Positions 46,661 to 56,932 of a stretch of 64,000 nucleotides of DNA are shown piece after piece. Position numbers and translations under genes: made by a program. Under the pieces are notes generated by a model, which was not told where the DNA came from, ran no database searches, and worked only from the letters and a program-made list of their open reading frames with translations. Origin of the DNA: an uncultured Gemmatimonadales bacterium (GTDB lineage: Bacteria > Gemmatimonadota > Gemmatimonadetes > Palauibacterales > Palauibacteraceae); the NCBI GenBank assembly GCA_963783385.1, contig CAWANJ010000001.1:64001-128000 (forward strand). Reading direction: 5' to 3'. Every line of letters starts with the position of its first letter. Position 1 is the stretch's first letter.

Positions 46661-47608
46661 TCAGGCCGCCGGGGACCCCACGGCCGGAGCCCGGAGCGGG
46701 ATCTGCACGTCGAGGGCGGCGGCCAGGACGCCGAAGCTGGCGGGCCCGGTCCCGAACAGCTCTCCGTCGCCGTTCCAGGGCAGGTCCGTCTCCGCGTCCA
46801 CGTGCACCCGCCGGCCGCGGGTCCAGACGACCGCCGGGTCGTCGAGGTGGCGCCCGCGGAGGGCGCGCGTGATGACGCGAAGGAGTGCCGGAAGCGAGAC
46901 GGCGCGGAGCACCAGCACGTCCAGGATGCCGTCGTCGGTCCGTGCCCCCGGCGCCATCGGGATGCCACCCCCGAAGCGGGGCCCGTTGGCGACGAGGACC
47001 GCCAGCGCCTCGCCCGTGGCCATCCTCTCCCCGTCCACCGACACCTCGACCGGCCATGCGCGCCGGGCGGCGATCTCGTCGAGGGCCGCGCGCAGGTACA
47101 CCCACCGCCCCCAGGTCCGGCGCCGGCGCGGCGTGATCCGCGCCGCCATGCTTCCCGCGAAGCCTCCCATGGCGAAATTGGCCGCCCGAGGCCCGGCGAG
47201 GCCGGTCACCTCGACGAGGTCGAGCGGGCCCGCGGCGCCCTCCTCCAGCAGCGCGGCCGCGCTCTCCAGGTCCGGGGGCATCCCGAGCGCGCACGCCAGG
47301 TCGTTCCCCGTGCCGAGCGGCACGAGCGCCAGCCTGGGCGCCGGGCCGGTCCCGCGCCGCGCGGCGAGCCCGTTCACCGCCTCGTGGAGCGTGCCGTCAC
47401 CGCCGGCCACGACGAGCGTGCCGGCGCCCGCGTCCGCCGCCTCCCGAGCCAGCCCGGCCGCATCCCCGGGGCCGGAGGTCACGCGCACCTCGTCCACGCC
47501 GGCGCGCTCGAGTACCGCGGCCACGTCCGGCCGGCGCCGCGCGACCGGCGCGGCCGGGTTCAGGATCGCGATCCTGGGATGGGGGGCGGGGGACGGCCCG
47601 CGCCTCAC
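46661..47608 (-). CDS. Diacylglycerol/lipid kinase family protein (YegS/DgkB-like)
   Basis: ILNP, AGGDGTLHEAVNG, PLGTGNDLA, ANG..FGGG and DGE. GTGA overlap with addA. Confidence 0.9.
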   Translation of the reverse strand: MRRGPSPAPHPRIAILNPAAPVARRRPDVAAVLERAGVDEVRVTSGPGDAAGLAREAADAGAGTLVVAGGDGTLHEAVNGLAARRGTGPAPRLALVPLGTGNDLACALGMPPDLESAAALLEEGAAGPLDLVEVTGLAGPRAANFAMGGFAGSMAARITPRRRRTWGRWVYLRAALDEIAARRAWPVEVSVDGERMATGEALAVLVANGPRFGGGIPMAPGARTDDGILDVLVLRAVSLPALLRVITRALRGRHLDDPAVVWTRGRRVHVDAETDLPWNGDGELFGTGPASFGVLAAALDVQIPLRAPAVGSPAA

Positions 47609-50600
47609 TCGCCGACCTCCCGGACCTCGCCCGGCGCCAGGAAGACGAGGCGGCCCCGAACGGCGGAGCGCGGCAAGCCGTACGTGGCCGCGACCGCCTC
47701 GCGGTAGGCCTCGATCTGCGGACGATAGAACTCGGTCCGGGCGGCGAGCGCCGCCTCGTCCCCCGCGACCAGGTCGTCCGTCTTGAAGTCGAGGACCTCG
47801 GCGGCCACCACCGCGCCGGCGCCGGCACCCGGACCGCCCGAGGCCCCCGGCCCGGACCGCACGAGCACCAGGCGGTCGATGACGCCCGACATCACCTCGC
47901 CATCGACGCGGCAGGCGAAGGGGCGCTCGCGATGGAGCTCTAGCGTGCACCCCGGGTCGACCGCGGCCCTCGCCCGCGCTTCGGCCGACTTCCGGGACAG
48001 GGCGTCCCGCACCGGAGGCCGACGCATCCAGGCCGCGAAGCGCTCCGCGAGCCGCTCCAGCTCCGCCCCGGGGAGCTCGAACGCCTCGGCCACGACCAGG
48101 GCCCGGAGGGCCGCGTCCTCCGGGATCCCGTCCTCGATCCACCCGATCGCCTCGCACCAGCGGTGGACGATGGTTCCGGACCGGCGGGCCGCGGAAGTGT
48201 CCAGGCGGAGAAGGCGCTCGAGGTCGACTTCGCCCCCGCCCTCCAACTCGGAGGGGGAGCGGCGGGCCAGGACACGGGTCCGGGGCGCTCCGGCGTCCAC
48301 ACGCACCCGCGGCTCCGCGCCGATCTTGATCTCGAGGCTCTCCGACAGGCCCTCCAGGCCCCCGGCCCAGTCCGCATCGCCCAGCTCCAGCAGCGTCTCC
48401 CTCTCGTGGACCGGCCCTTCGGCGCGTCCCAGCGCGGCTCTCACCAGGCGCGCATAGGACTGGACGCTCCTGAGCCGCTCGCCCTCGTCCGCGGCGACGA
48501 GGAGGTGGAGGGCGTGCCGGGCCCGCGTCACGGCCACATACAGCCAGCTCAGCCGGTCCCGGAGGTGGCTGGCCTGCATCTGCCGGTATGCCTCCTCCGC
48601 CTCCGGGAACAACGGCCGGAGCTTCTTGCCGATATACGGAAACACCCGGACAATGCGGCCCGTGGCCGGATCCCGCTCCGGCATGACCACGTCCGTTCCG
48701 CGGCGGTGCAGCCCGAAATCGAGCTCGGGCAGGACGACCACGTCGAATTCCAGCCCCTTGGCCTGGTGGACGGTCATGACGCGCACCGCCGCGCTCCGAG
48801 GATCCTCGACCGTGTGGCTCTCCACGTAGCGAATGAAGTCCCCGGGGCGGAGGGTCGCGCGCTCGTCCCACCGGAAGCCCAGCTCCACCAGCTGCTCCAG
48901 GCGGCGGAGCTCGCTCTCGTCCACGAACGGTGCCAGCTCCCGCGTCCACGCGGAGAGCGCCTCGCCGTACCCCTGCCGGAGGAGCCTCCTTCTCACACGC
49001 GCGCCCAGACGCCGGGCCCCGGTCTCGTCCGTGAAGTCCGTGTAGCCCACCACGCCGCCCAGGGGGCCGGCGGCGACCTCGTAGCGGGCCAGCGTATCAC
49101 CCGGGTGGTCGGCGGCCCACAGCAGGGACAGGAGGGCGCTCACCGGCGCCGCGTCGTCCACGGTCGTCCCGCCCTCCTCGCTGGCCATCACGCCCCTGCG
49201 GCGCAGCTCGAGGATGAGCCGGGCGACGGTGTCGTTGCGGTTCACGAGGACACCGATCTGGGCGCCAGGCAAGCGCTCGTGGATTCCGGCCACCCGCTCC
49301 GCGGCGAAGGCCATCAGGCGGGGCCGGTCGGAGCCCGTCCCTCCATCGTCGGGACCGACCTCGACCGTGACGTGCCCCGGGGCGTCCCGGAGGGGATCGG
49401 CGGGCTCGTGCGGCTCGAACGTCGCCCCCCACGTGCGCGCCACCGAGGCTCCCTCGTCGAGCGCATCCAGCACGGGGTTGACCGCCACCTCCCCGAACAG
49501 TCGGTTCACGAACTCCAGCACGACGGGGCTCGAGCGCCAGCTCCTGGACAGGGTCCGCGACGGCAGATCGTACCGCCGCTCGACCCGGTCGACGAGCTCG
49601 GGGTCCGCATTGCGCCACCCGTAGATGGACTGCTTGGGATCGGCCACCACGACCAGCGACCCGCGCCGCTCGATGGCGTCGGCCAGCGGCTCGAGCGCGG
49701 CCCACTGGGTGATCGACGTGTCCTGGAACTCGTCGAGCAGGAGGTGCTCGGAGCGGCGGTCCATGCGATAGGAGAGGTCCGGGCGGGCGGCCAACGGGCC
49801 CGGCGAGCCCACCCGATAGGCCAGGTCCTGGAAGCGGTAGGCGCCCGTGCGGTCCTGGAGGTCGCTGAGGGCCGCGTCGTACAGGAGCGCGATCTGGCCC
49901 AGGGCGCGCGCCTGCGCGTCGTACTTGGGCCCGAGCTCGGCCCTGGCGAGCCGCCTGGCCTCCTCGAGCGCCGGCGACAGCTCCTCCGGAAACGGCTTCC
50001 TGTAGTAGGCCTCCTCCCCCGCCAGCCACTTCGCCCCGAGCCCGGTCGTCCACAGGGCCTCCCACGCCCCTTCCCGGATCGCCGCCGCGGCGGCCTCGAG
50101 GGCCGACGCCCAGCGCGAATCCGGATCCCCCCTCGCTGTGAGCGGTGCGCCGATGGCCGCCACCCGGTCCGCCAGCTCCTCGCGGGTCCGCTCCGGGTCG
50201 CCCACCGGCTCCCGGTCGGCGAAGGGCGACCACGGGTCGGGCGCGGACGGCTCGATCTCGCGCAGCACCTCCTGGAGCCCATCGACCTGCTCCACGAGAC
50301 GATCGTGGACACGCCGGTCGTGGTCGCCGCGCGCGATCATCCTGAGGAGCTCGAGGAGGGCCTCGTCGTCGTGGGCGTCGAGGAGGGCCTGCACGGCCCG
50401 GGACCGCGCCTCCTCCTGCTCGTCCGCCTCCGCGATCCGCCAGGAGAGCGGGAGGCCGAGCTCGGGCCCGAAGCAGCGGGCCAGGCGGACGAAGAACGCG
50501 TCGAGGGTCCCCACGTCCGCGTGGTGCAACGCCCCGACGACGCTCTCGAGCAGCGCCCGGGCGCGCTCACGGTCCAGGGCGGAGGTCCCCGAGCCGACGT

Positions 50601-50886
50601 CGGCGCCGGAGTCGGCGCCCGTCTCCGCGGAGAGCTGTGTCGCCAGCCGGAGGGCCTCGGCGTCGTCGACGGCGGCCCGGGCCAGCCGCAGGAGAACTCG
50701 GCCCAGGATCTCGCCGGCCGCCTTGCGCGTGAAGGTCGAGGCGAGGACGCGCTGCATCTCCACGCCGGCCTCCAGGAGGACCAGGATGCGGTTCGAGATC
50801 TGGAACGTCTTCCCGGTTCCGGCCGAGGCACGGATGAGCTCGTGGGGCCAGCGCCGCGTGCTCACCGGCACCTCCTCGCCGCTCAA
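47605..50886 (-). CDS. addA: AddA/RecB-like helicase-nuclease
   Basis: ASAGTGKT, TFTRKAAGEI, LLDEFQDT, DPKQSIYGWR, TVHQAKGLEFD and YVAVTRA; C-terminal nuclease GVIDRL...DFKTD...Q..AY. Confidence 0.9.
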   Translation of the reverse strand: MSGEEVPVSTRRWPHELIRASAGTGKTFQISNRILVLLEAGVEMQRVLASTFTRKAAGEILGRVLLRLARAAVDDAEALRLATQLSAETGADSGADVGSGTSALDRERARALLESVVGALHHADVGTLDAFFVRLARCFGPELGLPLSWRIAEADEQEEARSRAVQALLDAHDDEALLELLRMIARGDHDRRVHDRLVEQVDGLQEVLREIEPSAPDPWSPFADREPVGDPERTREELADRVAAIGAPLTARGDPDSRWASALEAAAAAIREGAWEALWTTGLGAKWLAGEEAYYRKPFPEELSPALEEARRLARAELGPKYDAQARALGQIALLYDAALSDLQDRTGAYRFQDLAYRVGSPGPLAARPDLSYRMDRRSEHLLLDEFQDTSITQWAALEPLADAIERRGSLVVVADPKQSIYGWRNADPELVDRVERRYDLPSRTLSRSWRSSPVVLEFVNRLFGEVAVNPVLDALDEGASVARTWGATFEPHEPADPLRDAPGHVTVEVGPDDGGTGSDRPRLMAFAAERVAGIHERLPGAQIGVLVNRNDTVARLILELRRRGVMASEEGGTTVDDAAPVSALLSLLWAADHPGDTLARYEVAAGPLGGVVGYTDFTDETGARRLGARVRRRLLRQGYGEALSAWTRELAPFVDESELRRLEQLVELGFRWDERATLRPGDFIRYVESHTVEDPRSAAVRVMTVHQAKGLEFDVVVLPELDFGLHRRGTDVVMPERDPATGRIVRVFPYIGKKLRPLFPEAEEAYRQMQASHLRDRLSWLYVAVTRARHALHLLVAADEGERLRSVQSYARLVRAALGRAEGPVHERETLLELGDADWAGGLEGLSESLEIKIGAEPRVRVDAGAPRTRVLARRSPSELEGGGEVDLERLLRLDTSAARRSGTIVHRWCEAIGWIEDGIPEDAALRALVVAEAFELPGAELERLAERFAAWMRRPPVRDALSRKSAEARARAAVDPGCTLELHRERPFACRVDGEVMSGVIDRLVLVRSGPGASGGPGAGAGAVVAAEVLDFKTDDLVAGDEAALAARTEFYRPQIEAYREAVAATYGLPRSAVRGRLVFLAPGEVREVGE

Positions 50887-53708
50887 GCGTCCTCCTCGTC
50901 GTCGGACCCGGGCTCCTCGTCCTCACCGGGCACGAGGCGGCCACGGCCCAGCAGCCCTCCAAAGGGGCTGTAGCGATCCACCGGCTCCTCCACTCGATAC
51001 TCGATCCGCCCGGAGCGCAGGAGGCGGATGCACGCACGCGCCGCCTCGTCCGCGTCGGCCAGGTCGTCGGCCGTCCACCCGGCCAGCGCGTCGGCGGTCT
51101 CCCGGCGCGAGAGGTTGACGTACCCGAGCCGCAGAATCGCGCCCCCTCCAGCCGGCTCCTCCGGAAGCGCTCCCGCCTCAGCCAGTCCCGGCAGCAGGTG
51201 GCGGTAGAGCGGCAGCTGCAGATCCCTCCAGGCCCCGTCACGGCGGCAATGCGCCTGCTCGGGCTTCCGGGCCCGGGCCGACGTCTTGTAGTCGAGCACG
51301 GCCCACTCCCCGGTGCGCGCATTGCGGTCGATCCGGTCGATCCGGCCGGTCAGCATCATCGGCTGGTCGTCGACCAGGAAAGGCACTCCGGCCTTCGGGG
51401 TGTCGAGCTCGACGGCCATCGTCTCCCAGCCCTCCCGAAGCCAGGCCACCTGCCACTCCGCGAAGCCCCGGAGCCGGTGCCGCAGCTGCTCGACCTGGAG
51501 CTGCACGGCCGGCAGGGCCGCCCCCCCGAACCTGTCGAAGACGGCGCCATCCAGGAACGCGTCCAGGGCGCGGCCGACCACCTCCGGATCCGTGGAGCGC
51601 GCGGCCTCGCTGGTCCCGAAGCGGCGCAGGACCCGGTGCGCGAGCTCCCCGAACAAGAGCGCGTCCATCTCCCGGGCGCGGTCGTCCACCTCCCGGAGCG
51701 CCAGGAGATGCCCGAGCGCATACTGGTACGGGCGCTCCAGCAGGAGCCGGAAGGCCGTCACCGGCAGGGTGGGCGGCATGGGCCGGACCTGGATCGCCGG
51801 CTCCGGCGGGAGCCGGAAGGAACTCCGCTCCGCGGCCGTCGCGCCCGGCCGAGGCAGGCGCGCCCGTCGTGCGGGCACGTCCTCGAACAGTCGCTCCACG
51901 CGCCGCGCCAGGCGGTCCCCCTCCGTGGCCAGGAGGAGACGGCTCGGCCGCAGGGGGTCTCCGTCAGCCGTCCTGCGGCCGGCCACCACGCGGACCTCCT
52001 CCCGCGAGGCCAGCATGGCGGACAGGAGGTAGACATCGCGCGCGTGGCGCCGGGCGTCGTCCATCAGGCCGAGCCGGGTCCGCAGCGCGTCCGGCAGGAA
52101 GAGGTCCGAGTGCACCGAGCCGGGCACGTGGGCCTCGTCCAGGCCCGTCAGGACCAGGACCGGTGCGTCGTCCAGGTGCAGCTCGAGCCAGCCGAGCAGC
52201 TCGACGGCCGAGCGGTCGGGCATCGGAGGTACGGCGTCGGCGCGCAGGTCGGCCAGCAAGACCCGGATCGCGGCCGCCGCGTCGCAGGATCCATCGAGAT
52301 CGGGATGGAGACTCCCCAACGCGGAGGCCGCGTCGCGGACAGCCTCGCAGGCCTCCACGAGCCGGCGATCCGCGGGCCGCGAGCGGTCCAGAGGACGTCC
52401 GCCATACACGCGCGCCAGGAGTGCCACGATCTCGGGCATCCACTCCGACACCGCCCGGCGGCCCCGGAGTCGGCCCAGACCGAGCTCACGGTCCAGGGCC
52501 TCGGCGACGTCGGCCAGTCCCTCCGCCCGCGCGCTCGCGCCCGCTCCGCGACCGCCGACGCGGGCGGGAAGCCGCTCCGCGAAGGCCCTGTCGGAGACCT
52601 CCAGCGCTCCGGGGAGCTCCAGCCGCGCCTCGACGTCGGGGTGTCGCAGGAGGGCGGCGAAGGCCGGGTAGCGGCGCTCCTCCACGTAGTCCGCCACCGC
52701 CTGCAGGAGCCGATACGGGTCCGTGCGCGGCAGCGGTGTGCCGGCCGCACTGCGGTGCGGCACCCCGTAGGCCCCGAGCCGCTGCTCGAGGTAGGGGACG
52801 AGCTCCGGGTCCGGCACCCCGATCGTGACCTGGTCGGGGGCGCGGGCGGCGCCCGGACCGGACAGCGCCCGCACGACCTCGTCGGCCTGCTCCGGCGGCC
52901 GGCCGGCCACGTGCAGCGCCTCGTCGGAGAGGTCGACGGTGCGGTCTTCCCAGGCGGCCGACTCGACGCAGCCCAGCGCGTCGAACGCGTCGGCCAGCGC
53001 CTCCGGAGCGTGGACGAGGGCGGTCACAGGGGTCTCCAGGCCCTCGAGCATGGCCCGCGTGACCTTCGGGAGCTCGACAACGCCCACCAGGAAGAGGTCC
53101 CGGTCCAGCTCGACCCGCTCCTCCCGGACGGCACGCCAACGCTCCTGCTCGCGGTCCGACGACCCGAGCGAGTCCAGGAGGCGTTCGTAGGCCCGTCCGG
53201 CGTCGGCGAGCACGCTCCACCGTCCACTGTCATCGAAGCCCGTTCCGTGCCGGAAGGCACGCGCCACGTCCTCGAAGCCGAGGCCTTCACCGGCAAGCTC
53301 CACGTAGAGCGCCTGGACGCGCCGCGCGAGCTCGGTCCAGCCCGGCAGGTCGTCAGCGTCGGGCGCTCGCGGAAACACCGCCTCGCGACGTTCCGAAGCC
53401 AGCTCCCGAAGGGCTCGGGTCCAGGCCGCGCGGCTCTCGGCCGAGCTCGCCGGATGCCGGACGGGCCGGTAGAGCCGCTCCGGCAGGTGCCCGACCGTCA
53501 CCGTGTCCGGAGGCGTCAGCACAAGCCCGCGGGCGTCGGCCTCCTGTATGAGACGCTCGACGAGACGGCGTCCAGCGCGCGCGGCCGGGAGCGCGACGAG
53601 CACGCGCCCGAGGTCGAGCGAGCCCGGTTCCGCGTAGCGCTCGGCCAGCACACGGCCCGCCACCGGCAGCGCCGGCTCGTGCCAGGGGAGGAACGTGGGC
53701 GGGATCAT
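50883..53708 (-). CDS. addB: AddB-like protein (inactive helicase plus PD-(D/E)XK nuclease)
   Basis: Overlaps addA. C-terminal FG.L.H, GRIDRID, LDYKT and LQLPLY motifs. Confidence 0.85.
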   Translation of the reverse strand: MIPPTFLPWHEPALPVAGRVLAERYAEPGSLDLGRVLVALPAARAGRRLVERLIQEADARGLVLTPPDTVTVGHLPERLYRPVRHPASSAESRAAWTRALRELASERREAVFPRAPDADDLPGWTELARRVQALYVELAGEGLGFEDVARAFRHGTGFDDSGRWSVLADAGRAYERLLDSLGSSDREQERWRAVREERVELDRDLFLVGVVELPKVTRAMLEGLETPVTALVHAPEALADAFDALGCVESAAWEDRTVDLSDEALHVAGRPPEQADEVVRALSGPGAARAPDQVTIGVPDPELVPYLEQRLGAYGVPHRSAAGTPLPRTDPYRLLQAVADYVEERRYPAFAALLRHPDVEARLELPGALEVSDRAFAERLPARVGGRGAGASARAEGLADVAEALDRELGLGRLRGRRAVSEWMPEIVALLARVYGGRPLDRSRPADRRLVEACEAVRDAASALGSLHPDLDGSCDAAAAIRVLLADLRADAVPPMPDRSAVELLGWLELHLDDAPVLVLTGLDEAHVPGSVHSDLFLPDALRTRLGLMDDARRHARDVYLLSAMLASREEVRVVAGRRTADGDPLRPSRLLLATEGDRLARRVERLFEDVPARRARLPRPGATAAERSSFRLPPEPAIQVRPMPPTLPVTAFRLLLERPYQYALGHLLALREVDDRAREMDALLFGELAHRVLRRFGTSEAARSTDPEVVGRALDAFLDGAVFDRFGGAALPAVQLQVEQLRHRLRGFAEWQVAWLREGWETMAVELDTPKAGVPFLVDDQPMMLTGRIDRIDRNARTGEWAVLDYKTSARARKPEQAHCRRDGAWRDLQLPLYRHLLPGLAEAGALPEEPAGGGAILRLGYVNLSRRETADALAGWTADDLADADEAARACIRLLRSGRIEYRVEEPVDRYSPFGGLLGRGRLVPGEDEEPGSDDEEDA

Positions 53709-53865
53709 GGTCCGGGAATGATGCTCGCGGCACGGGGACGGGTTCTGGGTCGGCGGCCGCGACGGGCGCGGTGGGCTCGACCGGGTCTGGCTCGCCCCCA
53801 TCCTACGGAACACATCGTGCGCCCGCACCCCGGTGATCCCGCACGGTGCTCGGTGTTGTTGCACG

Positions 53866-53896
53866 TTGACATACAATTATGGCTGACTTGTACCCT
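53866..53896 (+). promoter_or_regulatory. AT-rich promoter/operator candidate between addB and the aldehyde dehydrogenase
   Basis: TTGACA-19 bp-TACCCT with a TACAA-N11-TTGTA inverted repeat. Confidence 0.4.
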
Positions 53897-53935
53897 TCCG
53901 TGCGGGGGCCTTCGACGGACACGGAGAGGACGAGC

Positions 53936-55300
53936 ATGGCCTTCGAGAGCATCAACCCGGCTACCGGCGAGCGGCTGCAGCGCTTCGACCCGACGCGCCC
54001 CGCGGACGTGGAGGCGAGCCTGGAGCGCGCGGTGGAGGCGTACCGCGCCGGGCGCGAGGACGACTACGAGGCCCGCGCCGAGAAGCTCCTGCGCGCGGCC
54101 GAGATCCTCGAGCGGGGCGCCGAGGCGTTCGGGCGCATCATGACGCTGGAGATGGGCAAGCCGATCGCCCAGGCGGTCGCGGAGGCGAAGAAGTGCGGTC
54201 TGGCCTGCCGCCACTACGCCGAGCACGGGGCGGCCTACCTGGCCGACGAGCCGGTGGACACGGACGCCCCATCCAGCTTCCTCCGCTACGAGCCGCTCGG
54301 CCCCGTGCTCGCGATCATGCCATGGAACTTCCCGTTCTGGCAGGTCATCCGCTTCGCCGCTCCCGCGATCATGGCGGGCAACGTGGGGCTCCTCAAGCAC
54401 GCGCCCAACGTCCCGCAGTGCGCGGTGGCGCTCGAGGGCATCTTCCGCAGGGCCGGATTCCGGGAGGGGACGTTCCAGAACCTGTTCCTGGAAACGGACC
54501 GGGTGGCCGACCTCATGGGCGACTCGCGGGTCCGGGCGGTGACGCTCACGGGCAGCGTGGCGGCGGGGCGGGCGGTGGCCTCCGGGGCGGGCGCCCATCT
54601 CAAGAAGACGGTGCTGGAGCTGGGCGGGAGCGATCCCTTCATCGTCATGCCGAGCGCCGACCTCGACCGGGCACTCGAGGTGGCCGTGCGCGCCCGTCTC
54701 CAGAACAACGGAGAGTCCTGCATCGCGGCCAAGCGCTTCATCGTGGCGGAAGAGATCGCCGACGCCTTCCGGGACGGCCTCGTGGAGCGGTTCGGCGCTC
54801 TCACCCTGGGCGACCCTCTGGACGAGGGCACGGACGTGGGCCCCCTGGCCCGGGAGGACCTCCGGGATCACCTGGCCGACCAGGTCCGGCGCACGGTGGA
54901 CGCGGGAGCGGAGGTCCTCCTCGGCGGCGGGATCCCGGAGCGCACCGGGTGGTTCTACGAGCCCACGGTCCTGGACAGGATTCCGGAGGCCACCCCGGCG
55001 CGGGACGAGGAGCTGTTCGGGCCAGTGGCCAGCCTGTTCCGGGCGCGGGGCGCGGAGGAGGCGCTCCGACTGGCCAACGACACTACGTTCGGCCTCGGAG
55101 CCTCGGCGTGGACGAACGACGAAGGAGAGCGCAGGTTGTTCGTCGAGGGACTCGAGGCGGGCAACGTCGCCATCAACGGAATGGTGGCCTCCGACCCGCG
55201 CATGCCCTTCGGCGGCGTCAAGGACTCGGGCTACGGCCGCGAGCTCGGCCGCGAGGGCATCCGCGAGTTCGTCAACGTCAAGAGCGTGAAGGTCCACTAG
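53936..55300 (+). CDS. NAD(P)-dependent succinate-semialdehyde dehydrogenase (Sad/GabD1-like)
   Basis: [29 protein letters not shown], catalytic [14 protein letters not shown] and PFGGVK.SGYGREL. Confidence 0.92.
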   Translation: MAFESINPATGERLQRFDPTRPADVEASLERAVEAYRAGREDDYEARAEKLLRAAEILERGAEAFGRIMTLEMGKPIAQAVAEAKKCGLACRHYAEHGAAYLADEPVDTDAPSSFLRYEPLGPVLAIMPWNFPFWQVIRFAAPAIMAGNVGLLKHAPNVPQCAVALEGIFRRAGFREGTFQNLFLETDRVADLMGDSRVRAVTLTGSVAAGRAVASGAGAHLKKTVLELGGSDPFIVMPSADLDRALEVAVRARLQNNGESCIAAKRFIVAEEIADAFRDGLVERFGALTLGDPLDEGTDVGPLAREDLRDHLADQVRRTVDAGAEVLLGGGIPERTGWFYEPTVLDRIPEATPARDEELFGPVASLFRARGAEEALRLANDTTFGLGASAWTNDEGERRLFVEGLEAGNVAINGMVASDPRMPFGGVKDSGYGRELGREGIREFVNVKSVKVH

Positions 55301-55350
55301 AGGCACGGACGGCCGGGGGCGACCGGCCCGACACGAGGAGCGAGACAGCC

Positions 55351-55956
55351 ATGCAGCGATCCCCTGATCCCCGGGCTCTCACGCCCGCACCCCTCCGCGC
55401 AGCCCTCCCGGCCGCGGTCGCGGCGGCCCTCGTCGTCGCCGCGGCGTGCGGAGGAGGGAGCGGAAGCTCCGAGGGCGGCTCCGCCAGGGCCGCGGACTCG
55501 GCCTTCGGCGACTGCTCGGCGGCCTCGCACTACGACAGCACGGCCATGCAGCGGCAGGCGGATGGCCTGCAGATCCAGGACTTCGCGGCGGGCAGCGGGC
55601 CCGCGGCCGTCACGGGCGACACGGTGGAGGTCCACTACACGGGCTGCCTCACGGACGGTAAGAAGTTCGACAGCAGCTACGACCGGCAGGAACCGTTCGA
55701 GTTCGTCCTCGGCACGGGAAGCGTCATTCCGGGATGGGACGAGGGCATCCAGGGCATGCGCCCGGGAGCCAAGCGGCGGCTGGTGATCCCGCCCGACCTG
55801 GCCTACGGGCCCCGGGGCGCCGGCGCGGTCATCCCGCCCAACGCGACCCTCATCTTCGACGTCCAGCTGGTGTCCGTGAACGGCGCCACCGGACAGGCGG
55901 CGGACTCCGCCTCCGCTCCGGGCACGTCGAGCGGAGACACGGCGGCGGGCTCCTGA
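55351..55956 (+). CDS. FKBP-type PPIase lipoprotein
   Basis: Lipobox [25 protein letters not shown] and IPP.LAYG...[11 protein letters not shown]. Confidence 0.93.
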   Translation: MQRSPDPRALTPAPLRAALPAAVAAALVVAAACGGGSGSSEGGSARAADSAFGDCSAASHYDSTAMQRQADGLQIQDFAAGSGPAAVTGDTVEVHYTGCLTDGKKFDSSYDRQEPFEFVLGTGSVIPGWDEGIQGMRPGAKRRLVIPPDLAYGPRGAGAVIPPNATLIFDVQLVSVNGATGQAADSASAPGTSSGDTAAGS

Positions 55957-55960
55957 GAGA

Positions 55961-56017
55961 GGCGCCGCTCCGTGGCGCCGCTCCGCGGGGCGTGCGCCTC
56001 GGATGGGGCGCCGCTCC
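55961..56017. repeat. Three copies of GGCGCCGCTCC in a convergent intergenic gap
   Basis: Copies start at 55961, 55974 and 56007. Confidence 0.4.
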
Positions 56018-56020
56018 CGT

Positions 56021-56416
56021 TCAGCGGATCATGACGTAGGACTGGGACACCGGGCTCAGGACCCGGAGTCGGATCTGGTCCCCGGGCCGGGGGAACAGCT
56101 CCTGTGAGACGTACTGCCCCGCGCCGCCCGTGATCAGGTTGGCGATGAGCCGGATGCCCCCGCTCCCGATGATCAGGGACTGGGGCACCACGTAGCTGGC
56201 GCTGTCCTGGACTGCCAGGACTCCCAGCGAGTGGGTCAGCGTCTCGTGGGCCACGTACACGTGTACGGCCGATACGCCCTGATTGTAGACCCACACGCTG
56301 ACCGGGTCCGGCGCCCCCCTGGACTGTTTGGACAGGGTGGCGCACGCCCCCGAGGCCAGCGCCAGCACCACGAGCCCGCCCAGCCACCGCCGGGCGCGGA
56401 CCGCCGAGGGCCTCAC
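56021..56416 (-). CDS. Hypothetical lipoprotein (paralog of 56933-57376)
   Basis: Lipobox SGAC and a beta-rich domain. GTGA overlap with the OsmC stop. Confidence 0.8.
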   Translation of the reverse strand: MRPSAVRARRWLGGLVVLALASGACATLSKQSRGAPDPVSVWVYNQGVSAVHVYVAHETLTHSLGVLAVQDSASYVVPQSLIIGSGGIRLIANLITGGAGQYVSQELFPRPGDQIRLRVLSPVSQSYVMIR

Positions 56417-56895
56417 GACCCATCTCCGGGGCCGCTCGCTTCATCCTCGATGTCGGCCGTCCAGGACACGACCACCGCGCCGCGCAGGCTCTGCGCCGTC
56501 GGGCACCTGGACTGGTGCCGATCCAGCGCACGCTCGACCCGCTCCCGCGTCCCGGCCGGGATTCGCAAGCGGTAGTGGATGCGGATCTCCGTGAGCACGG
56601 GCACGCCGTCTCGCACCTCGTTCACGCCCTCGACCTCCGCGGTGATCGCGTCGGGATCGAGCCGGACCTCGCGCACCTCCAGTGCGCCGTTGAGGGTTCC
56701 CAGCATTCACCCGCCCGCGGTGGCGACCAGGAAGTCCACGGGGAGGGGGAGGTCCTCCGCGTCGATTCCGTAGTGCTCCTTGATCGGGCCGTGCACGCCC
56801 ATGTCGAATTCGTGCCCCGTCGCCAGCCGAGCGCGGCGATGCACTCCCCGCACCTTCCGGACGGTGCACCGCGACACGTAGAAGGGGTCGGTCAT
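56413..56895 (-). CDS. OsmC/Ohr-family peroxiredoxin, predicted selenoprotein (UGA codon 63)
   Basis: Two in-frame ORFs joined by TGA at 56707-56709: P.DFLVATAGG-U-MLGT...HQSRCPTAQSL. SECIS-like hairpin downstream. Confidence 0.8.
56667..56695 (-). promoter_or_regulatory. Bacterial SECIS-like element
   Basis: CCUC-aacg-GCGCAC-uggag-GUGCGC-GAGG; the apical loop begins 25 nt after the UGA and has G at position 2. Confidence 0.65.
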
Positions 56896-56932
56896 CCTCA
56901 TCTCCCGGTTGGAATCCTGGCCGGCCCGCCCG

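Noticed and set aside
47605-53708. Helicase plus PD-(D/E)XK nuclease pair as a novel anti-phage system
   Set aside because: Size, gene order and motifs fit housekeeping AddAB, and there is no defence-island context.
48163-54143. Very long antisense or alternate-frame ORFs (e.g. 48163-50973, 51198-54143, 12868-15243, 31889-34324)
   Set aside because: Shadow ORFs expected in very high-GC DNA opposite well-supported genes; they contain no domain motifs.
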